Shown: positions 21,499 through 31,689, numbered from the stretch's first letter. The stretch is 64,000 bases of DNA from Candidatus Coprovivens sp. (GCA_051892935.1 JBJFGS010000024.1:32001-96000), one strand, 5' to 3'. Numbers and translations: made by a program. Notes: generated from the sequence alone by a model not told the origin.

Positions 21499-22401
21499 AT
21501 GAAGTTAAGCATAATTGTTCCTTGTAAAAATAGGAATGATAATATTATAGAACTGCATAATAAGATTAAAAATGCATTAGATAAAATAAAATATGAGATT
21601 ATTTATATAGATGATGGTTCTACAGACAGAACATTAAACCAATTAAAAAAAATATATGAAGAAGATATGCAACACGTAAAAGTTTTATCTTTTTCAAGGC
21701 AATTCAATAAGGATGCTGCTATATTGGCAGGTATTAAATATTCTAGTGGAAAATATGTATGTATAATGGATTCTGAATTAGTTAGTAATCCTCAAGAAAT
21801 ACTAACACTTTATAATTACTTAGAAGAGCATGAGGAATGTGATATAGTTTCTATTAAGAAAAATATAAGAAAAACTAAAATAATAGAATGGATTAATAAG
21901 TATATTTGTAAGCATTATAATGTTGATATGGCCGATATATATTCTATTGATAAGATGTTTAGAAATAATGTGAAAGAAGCATTAATTAATAATGGTAATA
22001 AGTTTTCTCAAAGTATATATAGTTGGATAGGTTATAATTTAAAATATATAAATGAAGATAATATAAGTGAAGAAAGAATAGAAAATAATTATTATAATTA
22101 TGTTTTTGATGTTATTAAGTTATATTCTGTAAAACCATTTTCTTTTAGTATTTATCTAGGAATATTTAATATATTAATTGCTATTATAATTTTTATCATT
22201 TCATTAATATTTACTATGGGATTAGATAATACTTTTAATACTGGTTGTATAATTATTATTCTTTTATTAATATTATTTGGTATCCAATTTATTTTAACTG
22301 GAGTTGTTGGTAATTATATTGTTGCTCTTAATAAAAATATGAATAATAGTTCTTATGTTATTAAAGAAAAAATAGGTTTTAGTAATGAAACGATTCTTTA
22401 A
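21499..22401 (+). CDS. GT2 polyprenol-phosphate glycosyltransferase (GtrB/YkoT-like), divergent
   Basis: LSIIVP, IDDGSTD, FSRQF and two C-terminal TMs; the DADLQ motif reads DSELV. Confidence 0.8.
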   Translation: MKLSIIVPCKNRNDNIIELHNKIKNALDKIKYEIIYIDDGSTDRTLNQLKKIYEEDMQHVKVLSFSRQFNKDAAILAGIKYSSGKYVCIMDSELVSNPQEILTLYNYLEEHEECDIVSIKKNIRKTKIIEWINKYICKHYNVDMADIYSIDKMFRNNVKEALINNGNKFSQSIYSWIGYNLKYINEDNISEERIENNYYNYVFDVIKLYSVKPFSFSIYLGIFNILIAIIIFIISLIFTMGLDNTFNTGCIIIILLLILFGIQFILTGVVGNYIVALNKNMNNSSYVIKEKIGFSNETIL

Positions 22402-22449
22402 GGTATTCTTTTTATAGTAAAAGAAGTTGTATATATATTTAAAGTTTAC

Positions 22450-22478
22450 TTGCATTCAAGATATTTGAATTATATAAT
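22450..22478 (+). promoter_or_regulatory. sigma-A-like promoter
   Basis: TTGCAT-17 bp-TATAAT upstream of 22559. Confidence 0.55.
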
Positions 22479-22558
22479 AATTTTAGATATTGTAGTTATG
22501 TTTCTAAATATAATAGATACTAACTAAGTTAATAGTTTTTAAACTAGGAGGTAATGAT

Positions 22559-23683
22559 ATGGGTTTAATTAAAGCTTTAACTAGTTCTACAGGAAGTGTG
22601 ATGGGTGATCAGTTTAAGGAGTTTGTCACTTGTCCTACTGTTGAATCTAATGTATTAATGGCAAGAGGTGTCGTACAACATGGTGATGGTAATAAGAAAC
22701 CATCTGATGGGGTTATTACTAACGGAAGTAAAATAAACATTCCTCAAGGATGGGCAATGATGTTAGTAGATAATGGTAAAATAGTTGAATTTTCTTCTGA
22801 ACCAGGAGAGTTTATTTATGATTCTGGAACAGAACCTACTATTTTCTATGGTGGATTAGGAAAAGGAATTGTTGATTCTATCAAAACACTAGGAAGTCGT
22901 ATTACTTATGGTGGACAAACTGCTAGAGATCAAAGAGTTTACTATGTTAATTTATTGACTGTTACTGGTAATAAATTTGGATCTGCTCAACCTAAGAAGA
23001 TAACTGATGAAAAATATGGAATTATAGAAGTTACTTTCTTCGGTGAATACGCTTATAGAGTTGATGATCCGGTTGCTTTAGTTGGCAATATGTTAGGTGC
23101 TAACCCTAAAGATCAAGTTACTATTGATGAAGTAATGGGAAGTCAATTGAAGAATGAGTTTGTTGAACAAGTTTCTAAAGCAATTTCTGAAGTTATGAGA
23201 GTTAATAAAGTTTCTTTCGGAGATATGCAATCATATGGAAGTGATATTTCTGATAAGATGAATGAAATATTAAGTCCATCTTGGAAAGCTAAATACGGAC
23301 TTGTAGTTACAGATGTAGCTATGGGAGATATTAATGTTACTGATGCTTCTATGGAACGTATCAATAAGATTGATGATGCAACTATATTCTCTGATGCTAA
23401 GTTACAATCAGGTTTAATGGCATCTGCTTCTGCTGAAGCTCTTAAAAACGCTGCTTCTAATGAAAATGGAGCTATGTTAGGGTTTGCCGGATTGAATATG
23501 GCAAGTTCTGCTGGAGCTGGTATGATGAATGCAGTTAATCAAAATGTAGCCGCTCAAGGAAGTGCACCTGTTCAAGGGGCTGCAGTAGTAACTGGTGGAA
23601 CTATTCCTAATTTCTGTCCTAATTGTGGTACTAAAACTAATGGTGCAAATTTCTGCGGAAATTGTGGAACTAAATTAAATTAA
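22559..23683 (+). CDS. SPFH/band-7-like protein with C-terminal Zn ribbon, YdjI-like
   Basis: MGLIKA start, NGSKI..EPG and GG...DQRVYY motifs, Gly/Met-rich linker, FCPNCG..FCGNCG. Confidence 0.8.
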   Translation: MGLIKALTSSTGSVMGDQFKEFVTCPTVESNVLMARGVVQHGDGNKKPSDGVITNGSKINIPQGWAMMLVDNGKIVEFSSEPGEFIYDSGTEPTIFYGGLGKGIVDSIKTLGSRITYGGQTARDQRVYYVNLLTVTGNKFGSAQPKKITDEKYGIIEVTFFGEYAYRVDDPVALVGNMLGANPKDQVTIDEVMGSQLKNEFVEQVSKAISEVMRVNKVSFGDMQSYGSDISDKMNEILSPSWKAKYGLVVTDVAMGDINVTDASMERINKIDDATIFSDAKLQSGLMASASAEALKNAASNENGAMLGFAGLNMASSAGAGMMNAVNQNVAAQGSAPVQGAAVVTGGTIPNFCPNCGTKTNGANFCGNCGTKLN

Positions 23684-23713
23684 TATAATTAAAAGAAGTG
23701 GATAACATTTAAG

Positions 23714-23938
23714 TTATCCACTTTTTTTTCTTAACATTTCAAATTTGTTTTTTAAATCTTTTTTTCTTTTCTGTTCTAATATTTCATCTTTTATGTACAT
23801 GTTATTTTTATAGAGAAGTATATTGCCTTCTTTAGTGTTTGATGGAAGTTCTGTTATAGGAATTTCCTTTTTTTCTTTATCTTTTAATGATTCTAATATA
23901 GCAATGTTTTCTTCTATTCTATCAACTGAATATTTCAT
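23714..23938 (-). CDS. DUF3006-like protein
   Basis: YSVDRIEENIAILE..LP...KEG pattern; typical neighbour of ComEC-like MBL genes. Confidence 0.75.
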   Translation of the reverse strand: MKYSVDRIEENIAILESLKDKEKKEIPITELPSNTKEGNILLYKNNMYIKDEILEQKRKKDLKNKFEMLRKKSG

Positions 23939-23946
23939 ATAATCAC

Positions 23947-24864
23947 CTATCCGTTTGTATTCGTACTATAGTTATTTATATTTATATTATTACCATCACT
24001 TGTTAAAACTATTGTTCCTAAGTCTTTTGTAATATAAATATTATTTGTATATTTTTTTAATCTGTTTATTGTCTCTTGATTTGGATGACCATATTTATTA
24101 TCTTCTCCTGCACTTATTATAGCGTATTCTGGAGTTGCTACGCTTAAAAACGCTTCGCTAGTACTAGTGCTGGATCCGTGGTGAGCTACTTTTAGTACGT
24201 CAATATCGATATTGTTATTTAGAATTGTTGATTCTACTTCTTTAGTGGTATCACCTGTGAAAAGATATGTATGATTACCAAATGTCATTTTTAGTATTAT
24301 TGATGCTTCATTTAAGTCTTTAGTACCTGTTCCTGTGTATATTACTTCGAAGTTTAAGTCTCCTAATGAAAATTTATCCCCTATTTTAGGTACTGTTATA
24401 TTTAAGTTATTATTTTCTATTGCATCTAAAACATCTTCAAATGTTTTAGTAGTAGTCATAGCTTCTGGAAGATATACTTCTGATACTTCAATACTATTTA
24501 TTATATCATCTAAGCCACCTATATGATCTTCGTGTGGATGTGTTCCCACAACATAGTCTATTTTGTTTATATTTAATTCATCTTTTATATATGGTACTAG
24601 TAATTTTCCATCTTCATTATTTCCAGCATCTATTAACATGCTATATTCATTGTTAGTAATTAAGATACTATCTCCTTGTCCAACATCAATATAATAAATT
24701 GACAAATTAGTTGAGACTTCTTTGTTTATTTCTTGAGTTTGGCTGTTTTCTTTATTAGAATAAGTTTCTTGATTATATGTTGAATAGTAGTATCCAATTA
24801 TTAGTAGTATTACAACTATATATCTAAAAAACTTATTTTTTTTATTATTTTTGTTTTTTTTCAC
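23947..24864 (-). CDS. ComEC/Rec2-like metallo-beta-lactamase-fold hydrolase
   Basis: DVGQGDS, THPHEDHIGG, LFTGD, KVAHHGS and YGHP motifs; N-terminal anchor. Confidence 0.9.
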   Translation of the reverse strand: MKKNKNNKKNKFFRYIVVILLIIGYYYSTYNQETYSNKENSQTQEINKEVSTNLSIYYIDVGQGDSILITNNEYSMLIDAGNNEDGKLLVPYIKDELNINKIDYVVGTHPHEDHIGGLDDIINSIEVSEVYLPEAMTTTKTFEDVLDAIENNNLNITVPKIGDKFSLGDLNFEVIYTGTGTKDLNEASIILKMTFGNHTYLFTGDTTKEVESTILNNNIDIDVLKVAHHGSSTSTSEAFLSVATPEYAIISAGEDNKYGHPNQETINRLKKYTNNIYITKDLGTIVLTSDGNNININNYSTNTNG

Positions 24865-24887
24865 ATTATATCATCTTTTCTAATGTT

Positions 24888-25340
24888 TTATTTACTAGGA
24901 GCTATTTTATTAACTTTTAATCTATATAAAGAATTAGCTCCTGGTTCTATAATATCAAATCCTAGTTTTTGGAACATACTATTAGAAGCATTATTATAGT
25001 CTCTTACATGGGCTGCTATTGATTTACTCTTATTTTCGCCATTTTTTATTGCTATTTTCATAAGCTCAGTTCCAATCCCTTGATGTTTTTTATTATTTTG
25101 AACCGCTATTTGATTAATATATAAGGAATCTTCTAATTCTATTATAGAATTAAAACCTATTGGTGTAATTCCTTCTAAGCATATTATTAGGTAGTCAGAA
25201 TTAAATACGATACCTGAATAGTTTAAGGTACCACCATTTTTCTTTAAATTTTCTTCTACTATTTTTTTATCACAATATTGACAAATTTTGTTAAATACAG
25301 GAGATTGATTTGAAATAGTTATATATTTATAATTTGACAT
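24888..25340 (-). CDS. GNAT acetyltransferase
   Basis: IAV...HQGIGTELM motif A; N..S..MFQKLGF. Confidence 0.85.
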   Translation of the reverse strand: MSNYKYITISNQSPVFNKICQYCDKKIVEENLKKNGGTLNYSGIVFNSDYLIICLEGITPIGFNSIIELEDSLYINQIAVQNNKKHQGIGTELMKIAIKNGENKSKSIAAHVRDYNNASNSMFQKLGFDIIEPGANSLYRLKVNKIAPSK

Positions 25341-25437
25341 CTTATCACCTCTATTTTCTTTTTTATTATATCATAAATATAATATTTAATATTCTAATTA
25401 TACATAAAAAAACTCGGATATCCGAGTTATTCTTATT

Positions 25438-25511
25438 TGGAGGGGCCTACCGGATTTGAACCGGTGCTCAGGGAGTTGCAGTCCCTTGCCTTACCGCTTG
25501 GCTAAAGCCCC
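25438..25511 (-). tRNA. tRNA-Cys (GCA)
   Basis: 74-nt cloverleaf; anticodon loop CT-GCA-AC; GGTTCAAATCC; U discriminator; encoded CCA. Confidence 0.95.
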
Positions 25512-25700
25512 ATTTATAATTTTCTTTCACATACAAAGTATTTTACACTAATAAGTTATCTTTGTCAATTGCCATGTTTATAATTAATAATATTTAAATT
25601 ATTATTTTTAATGCTTTATTTGTAGAGTTTTGTTTAAATATATAAAAATCTACACAAAAGTGTAGATTTTTATATATGGAATTCATTATTATACTAAGTT

Positions 25701-27305
25701 TTATTTAGCTTTTATTGTTAAGCTTTTATTTCTTACTGTTAAAATCATGTCTATTTCATCTGCTAGTAATAATGTATTAGGAGCTTCATAAACACTTTTT
25801 CCTTCTAAGAATTTAGGCGTTACATTTTTTAAATTAGCTGTTTTAGTACGAGGTCCTGTATCTCCACCTATATTTATAGTGTATGTGTATTGCAGTTTTA
25901 TAAAATCGCTATAGAAATCTTTATCGCTATTTTTATAATATGATGAGTTTTCATCCATAATTAACTCGTCTTCTATTATTACTAATGCATTTCCTCCAGA
26001 TGGTAATATAACATCTTGTACTTTTTTACAATTATTTTTATTATCACATGATTCATAATTATATATATAAGATTGTACTACTTTTAAACCTTTTAATGTA
26101 AATTTAGTTTCACCTAGTGTAGTTTTACTTAAATCGATTTCTTCATTTAATTTTTTGTTCCCTAATTTTTCAGTTTTTATTATATTTTCAGGTCTGATAC
26201 TAATCTTTTTGTACTTAGTTAGTAGTTTTTGATTTTTTTGGGTTAGTCCACTAAGAATACGCATTTCATAAGTACTTTTTAATTGTTCTTTGCTTAACTT
26301 ATAGACAAATACATAATCATTCGATTCATCATTTTTTATTTCTTCTCCTTGATATATTTTGCCAATATCAATAAATCTTGAACTCTTATCATAACTAGGA
26401 TATAATACTTCGTCTCCAACATATATTCTAAAGTTTGATTTATCTATTGATGTTGCCTGTCCTTTATTGTGTATACCTATTTTTATTGCTAGATAATATA
26501 TATCATTTGATAATAGTTGACCTCGATAATCCCTATTTGTTATATAACTATCTTTTAAGGATAAAGAGAAGTTTTCTAATGAAAATGCTTGATTAATAGT
26601 AAATGATTTATTATACGTTTGATAATAATTATACGAAGTATATCCAACTATTAGGAAAATCACTACTGCTATACAAGTGAAAACAAATTTATTTTCTAAT
26701 ATATAATATCTTAATTCTCTTATTAAATGAGTAATATTTCTTTTTAGTGAATTGCTATCTGAACCTATTTTTATTTCAATATCATCGTCTTCTTCTTCAC
26801 TTATTTTTAAATCTGAATGATTGTCTAGTCTAAATGTTTTTACATTGAAGCCAATTGCTTTGCTGAATCCCCAGATGATTAATAAATAAGAAGGAATGAC
26901 ACACATTGATGATACATCTCTAACAAAGTTTGCAAATGTTGCATCCATTGTGTATGTTTCTATACTTTCAAGAGAAGCGCTAAAAAAGAAACTTGCTATT
27001 AATAAAATAACATAATATATTGCGCCAACTAAGTTATATAGAGATACTTTTTTCTTTGTAGATAGTATTGCATATATTAGAATATTAGCAATTAGCATTA
27101 CTGTAATTGCTGTTGTTGATAATATCGTAATATATGTTTCTGTGAAACCTGTTTCTTTGGTTGAATAACCATTTGCAACATAGTCTCTAAAAAAATTCGA
27201 TAAATCATTAAAATTTAAGATAAGGTAAATCATTGGTATTAATAATAATAAGTTTATGATTTTATAATGTTTAACAATGAAACCATATGGGTTTCTGATT
27301 ACCAT
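25701..27305 (-). CDS. hypothetical multi-TM membrane protein with extracellular beta domains
   Basis: 534 aa; about 5 TM segments followed by a beta-rich region. Confidence 0.7.
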   Translation of the reverse strand: MVIRNPYGFIVKHYKIINLLLLIPMIYLILNFNDLSNFFRDYVANGYSTKETGFTETYITILSTTAITVMLIANILIYAILSTKKKVSLYNLVGAIYYVILLIASFFFSASLESIETYTMDATFANFVRDVSSMCVIPSYLLIIWGFSKAIGFNVKTFRLDNHSDLKISEEEDDDIEIKIGSDSNSLKRNITHLIRELRYYILENKFVFTCIAVVIFLIVGYTSYNYYQTYNKSFTINQAFSLENFSLSLKDSYITNRDYRGQLLSNDIYYLAIKIGIHNKGQATSIDKSNFRIYVGDEVLYPSYDKSSRFIDIGKIYQGEEIKNDESNDYVFVYKLSKEQLKSTYEMRILSGLTQKNQKLLTKYKKISIRPENIIKTEKLGNKKLNEEIDLSKTTLGETKFTLKGLKVVQSYIYNYESCDNKNNCKKVQDVILPSGGNALVIIEDELIMDENSSYYKNSDKDFYSDFIKLQYTYTINIGGDTGPRTKTANLKNVTPKFLEGKSVYEAPNTLLLADEIDMILTVRNKSLTIKAK

Positions 27306-27381
27306 TTAATATATACCTCCTATTCTATTATGATTATATCATATTAATAATAAAAAAGAAAAAATATGATTGCTCATATTT

Positions 27382-27831
27382 TTAATTTTTTTTAACTAGT
27401 AGCTGACCTGGTAGTAAATATATTGTATCATTATTATCTAAGAAATCTTTGTGTGATACATTAAATTTTTTTGTTACTATATCAAGTGTATCTCCTTCTT
27501 TGGTAACATAATAACTATAGTTACTTTTTGGAATTAGTATTTCTTGGTTTGGATAAATATAATCATCACTATTTAATCCATTTAATATAGCTAATAAATC
27601 TGGATTTATATTGTATTCTCTAGCTATGCCATATAACGAATCACCTTTTTTAATTGTGTAGTATTCAAAGTATTTCTCTTTATTTATAGGAACTATTATT
27701 TCTTTTCCTGCACGTAACATATCAGGAAATGGAATATTATTTAAATCCAAGATTATCTTCTCATTAGTATTAAATCTTTTAGCAATAGTGCTTAAAGTAT
27801 CCCCTTGCTTTATTAGGTATTTATCATACAT
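27382..27831 (-). CDS. LysM-repeat peptidoglycan-binding protein (3 LysM)
   Basis: Three Y.(I/V)..GD(T/S)L..I repeats. Confidence 0.9.
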   Translation of the reverse strand: MYDKYLIKQGDTLSTIAKRFNTNEKIILDLNNIPFPDMLRAGKEIIVPINKEKYFEYYTIKKGDSLYGIAREYNINPDLLAILNGLNSDDYIYPNQEILIPKSNYSYYVTKEGDTLDIVTKKFNVSHKDFLDNNDTIYLLPGQLLVKKN

Positions 27832-27869
27832 AAAATCACTCCTAATATAACATATGTATAATTTTGATT

Positions 27870-29012
27870 TTAGTTATTGATAAATATTAAATTTTTATAA
27901 TTAAATTGCCATTCAGAATACTTAACAAGTTTTATTTCACCGTATTTAGGATTATATCTGTATAGAGTGTCATCTATTAAGTAGTATACATTAGCTTCAT
28001 TAGTATATATTATTGTATCTATTTTTTTGTTAGATATTTGTGTTTTTATAGAAGAATCTATGTAAGATAGATATAAAGTATTATTTATTAATTGATATTT
28101 ATAATCTTTTTTATATATAAATGATTGTTCTTGATTTGTTAGTTTAGTCATTGATACTTTTGATATTTGACCATTTTCATATATTGTTCCTTGGTTGTTA
28201 GATTTTGCTATTATTCGCATTTTCTTTTTGTGAGGAACTAATTCATATTCTATTTTATCTTTTTTATCTATTAGATATATTGATTTATCATTAGTACCTA
28301 GGATATAGCTATCAAATGATATTTCATATTTTAAAGACCATTCTTCTGTTTCTAAGGTATCTAAATCTATTATATATATTTTATTGAAATAGTGTTCTTG
28401 TTGGTAATCCGGAATTATTATATAATTATTAATTTTGGTTGCTAAAGGAATTTCATAGATATCTTTGTCAAATATTTTTATAAATTTATTATTGTCTTTA
28501 CTTATATAATTAAATCCTTTATAAGACCATATAAATATCTGATCATCTTTATTATAAATCGTATAATTTTCATATTTTTCATTTAGTTCTTTAGTGATTG
28601 TAAAGTAATCAAAAAGCTCTTCTTTTAACTTATCATTTATTAGGTGATAATCTATGTTACTTTCTTTGTTACTACATAGTGGATATGTATTTATATAATT
28701 GCTTTTAACTATTAAACAGGTATAATCTTCATCTTGATACTCTTTTATTTCATATATTAATTTTTTTTCTTTATTATATGAAGCTTTGTATATAAAATTA
28801 TATTTCTTTTCATTGGTTGTTATTTCGTAATAATAGTATTTTTTTTCATTGTTATAATTTTCGCTTATATCATAGTTATCAATACTATATTCCAAACTAT
28901 ATGATTTAGATTTAAATAATGATATTATAAATGATATAAAAATTATTATGATGATTATTAATAAAATTGAAACAATAATAGCACTTTTTTTTAATTTGTA
29001 CTTTTTCTTCAT
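27870..29012 (-). CDS. hypothetical membrane-anchored protein
   Basis: Basic N-terminus, one TM helix and a Tyr-rich beta region. Confidence 0.7.
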   Translation of the reverse strand: MKKKYKLKKSAIIVSILLIIIIIIFISFIISLFKSKSYSLEYSIDNYDISENYNNEKKYYYYEITTNEKKYNFIYKASYNKEKKLIYEIKEYQDEDYTCLIVKSNYINTYPLCSNKESNIDYHLINDKLKEELFDYFTITKELNEKYENYTIYNKDDQIFIWSYKGFNYISKDNNKFIKIFDKDIYEIPLATKINNYIIIPDYQQEHYFNKIYIIDLDTLETEEWSLKYEISFDSYILGTNDKSIYLIDKKDKIEYELVPHKKKMRIIAKSNNQGTIYENGQISKVSMTKLTNQEQSFIYKKDYKYQLINNTLYLSYIDSSIKTQISNKKIDTIIYTNEANVYYLIDDTLYRYNPKYGEIKLVKYSEWQFNYKNLIFINN

Positions 29013-29028
29013 ATTTTACTCCAATTAT

Positions 29029-29481
29029 TTAACGTTTACCTAAAAATCCATATTTTTTCTTTTCTTCCATCATTGCTGTTGATATAGCAGTTTCTATTTC
29101 TGCTAAGGCTTTTTTTTCAATGTTAGTAAATACTACTACTTCTTTTATGGAATCAATTATTATTTTTCCCCATATAATGCCTCGGTATACAGTTAAATCA
29201 TTGAATAAATCCGGTGTTATCGAAGTAAGTGTATAACCTGTTAAGATATGATCTTGTCCTATTAATATTCTTTTTGATGTCATACATAAAACAGATGTAG
29301 AAAAAATATCAAAGACACTATCATTTTTTTGAGCCGCAAATGAATATAGTGGTTCTTCATCTGGATTCAAATGATCTTCTATTACTTTAGCGTGTTTTTT
29401 TAAACGCCACCATACTATTGATCCTGGATATTTTGCTTTATACATACATACTTGGTCATAAACTTTTCCCATACTACTCAC
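29029..29481 (-). CDS. bacterial PH-domain protein
   Basis: HLNPDEEPLY..LCMTSKRILI..GIIWGKIII pattern. Confidence 0.7.
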   Translation of the reverse strand: MSSMGKVYDQVCMYKAKYPGSIVWWRLKKHAKVIEDHLNPDEEPLYSFAAQKNDSVFDIFSTSVLCMTSKRILIGQDHILTGYTLTSITPDLFNDLTVYRGIIWGKIIIDSIKEVVVFTNIEKKALAEIETAISTAMMEEKKKYGFLGKR

Positions 29482-29980
29482 CTATTCCTTCAATTATTGC
29501 ATTTAATTCTTCATTATCGAATGTTGTAATCGAAATTATTTTTTTGTTGCTAATTGTGATTATATAGTTTGTTTCTAATTCTGATAATCTGCTATCTTTT
29601 TCATAAAACTTTACTTCTTCTTTTTTAGAAAGTTTGCTTATTTCTAATAGATATATTTTAGTATTTCTATAATAAGCAGTTTTATTTATTAATTCAATAA
29701 ATTTGTTATATGTTGTTGATGAATTGTCTATTATAGCAATTGTTGATATATTGTTACTTTTCCATAAATTATTAAATTTTTTATAAGTAATTCTTGCATA
29801 ATACTTTTCGTTAGGATTATATTCTTCTGATGTCTTAGTAAATAAAACTTCTTCTACAATTGTTTGTTCTTTGTTTTGATTACTAATTAAAAGATAGATA
29901 ATTATAATAGATAATATTAGAGTAATTATTAATAGAATTATATTTTTGCTATTAATTTTATTATTACTTTTTTTAACCAT
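29474..29980 (-). CDS. membrane-anchored thioredoxin-like protein lacking CxxC
   Basis: TM helix followed by ITYKKF..IAII-DNSSTTY-NKF..KIYLLEI pattern. Confidence 0.45.
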   Translation of the reverse strand: MVKKSNNKINSKNIILLIITLILSIIIIYLLISNQNKEQTIVEEVLFTKTSEEYNPNEKYYARITYKKFNNLWKSNNISTIAIIDNSSTTYNKFIELINKTAYYRNTKIYLLEISKLSKKEEVKFYEKDSRLSELETNYIITISNKKIISITTFDNEELNAIIEGIGE

Positions 29981-30049
29981 ATAACCCACCCTTTGCATAG
30001 TTTTATTTTATAATGTTTTCTTTTTTAATGCAATAAAAAGGAAACTATA

Positions 30050-31336
30050 TTAGTTTCCTAAAGTTAATATTACTACTACAATACCCAAGCCGATTCCACA
30101 TATTAAAGCAACTGCTCCAAGTAGTAATGTTGTTGCTGCAAATCCGCCTGTTGTTTTTGATTCTTCTTCTACAATTAGTTTTATATCTTCATCAGTTATT
30201 TTTTTATTATTTAATAGTTCTGGATGTTCTTTTGGATTAATCGGATATTTCTTTTGAATTAAATCTAATTTTGTTGTTACTCTAACATTCAAACTTTGAG
30301 TTGCCATTGTTCTTTCAACTTTATTTGTTTTTTGTTCTTTATCTAGAGTTTCTTCTATTTTAGTTTGTAATTTAGCTATTTTTTCGAGATTTTTAATTAT
30401 TTTTGATTCTATAATTGGCGCTCTTTCAAGATTTGTATTGTTATAGATAATTCTACTTATTGCATCTTTATATAGTTTTATTGCATCATTTATAGCTTCA
30501 GTCATTTTTCTTATTTCAGTAAAATGCTGTTCAAATAATACTTCTAATAAAACATCTCTATTGATTAGTTTATTATTAAGCATATATTCATTATCCCCTA
30601 CTAGTTGATCTTTATCTATACTATTTGAAATAGATATTGGACTTAAGTAGGAATCAATCCATTCTGGTTTACCTTGTTCATTAATTTTACTGATTAGATA
30701 ATAATCTAATCCTCTATATTTACGACCTACAATATAGTCGAATAATATCATTCTTGCATATTTTTTTATTAATGCTTCTTTACTATTTTCACTTAATGGT
30801 ATTCCTTTTTGAAGTTCGATTTCTTTTGTTAGTGAATATGTCCCAAGATTGATTATATCGTTTATTTGAGCTTTATCAGTAATTGCATTTCCTTTTGATA
30901 CAGCTGGATATTGCAATACTTTGGTTATCCATGAAGCTTCCTCTTCATTTATTAATCTTTGATTAACATATTGAATTATGTGGTTAAGAACAGTTGTTGC
31001 AGAAATTCTTGTTTCAATATTTTTACTATAGTTTAATAGAGTAAAAACACCTACGTTATTTTCTTCTGTTACTATTCTTTTTGTTTCTTCGTGATCTACA
31101 TCAAATAATTCGGCAATATCACCTTTTATTATATCATAATCATCTATATTCATTAATTCAGGATTTAGACCATTTGATTTATAAACCCCTAATATACTTT
31201 TATTTAATTGAACTAGTTGAGAACCATCTTTAAAACTATTGATTACGTCAATAGTTATAGGTTCTTCCTTGCGGATACCATTATCAAGGGATACTATATA
31301 AAATTGTTCATTTGTATATACATCATTTTTATCCAT
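30050..31336 (-). CDS. hypothetical protein: degenerate HipA/PI3-4-kinase-like motif and C-terminal TM anchor
   Basis: MILFDYIVGRKYRGLDY resembles FD.xxGNxDRHxxN; hydrophobic C-terminal helix. Confidence 0.5.
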   Translation of the reverse strand: MDKNDVYTNEQFYIVSLDNGIRKEEPITIDVINSFKDGSQLVQLNKSILGVYKSNGLNPELMNIDDYDIIKGDIAELFDVDHEETKRIVTEENNVGVFTLLNYSKNIETRISATTVLNHIIQYVNQRLINEEEASWITKVLQYPAVSKGNAITDKAQINDIINLGTYSLTKEIELQKGIPLSENSKEALIKKYARMILFDYIVGRKYRGLDYYLISKINEQGKPEWIDSYLSPISISNSIDKDQLVGDNEYMLNNKLINRDVLLEVLFEQHFTEIRKMTEAINDAIKLYKDAISRIIYNNTNLERAPIIESKIIKNLEKIAKLQTKIEETLDKEQKTNKVERTMATQSLNVRVTTKLDLIQKKYPINPKEHPELLNNKKITDEDIKLIVEEESKTTGGFAATTLLLGAVALICGIGLGIVVVILTLGN

Positions 31337-31454
31337 AATAACTGCTCCTAGTCTATATAGCAATTATAACAGATATTTACAATAATGTGTATAAAAAATG
31401 GCTTTTTCTTTTGGATAAAAGAAAAAAGACCATAAAGGTCTGTTAATTTACATA

Positions 31455-31530
31455 TGGTGCCGAGGGACTGAGTCAAACAAGTCTCCTTACACAAACAAAG
31501 TGTACGTTCTAACGTTACAACTACCTCGGC
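31455..31530 (-). tRNA. atypical tRNA-like RNA (Thr-like acceptor stem, nominal anticodon UGU)
   Basis: 76 nt; perfect GCCGAGG/CCTCGGC acceptor stem plus A-CCA; TACAC/GTGTA anticodon stem; non-canonical D- and T-loops. Confidence 0.7.
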
Positions 31531-31689
31531 ATTAATATTGAACTTTTCAGTACATTATTATAATAGCACATAATTATTTAAATATACAAATTTTAGTGTT
31601 TTACTTTACATTTTTATTACGTTTAACTTATACTTCATTTCGATAAATTAAAATGTTATAATATATTTAGAATAAAGGAGTTGTATTAT

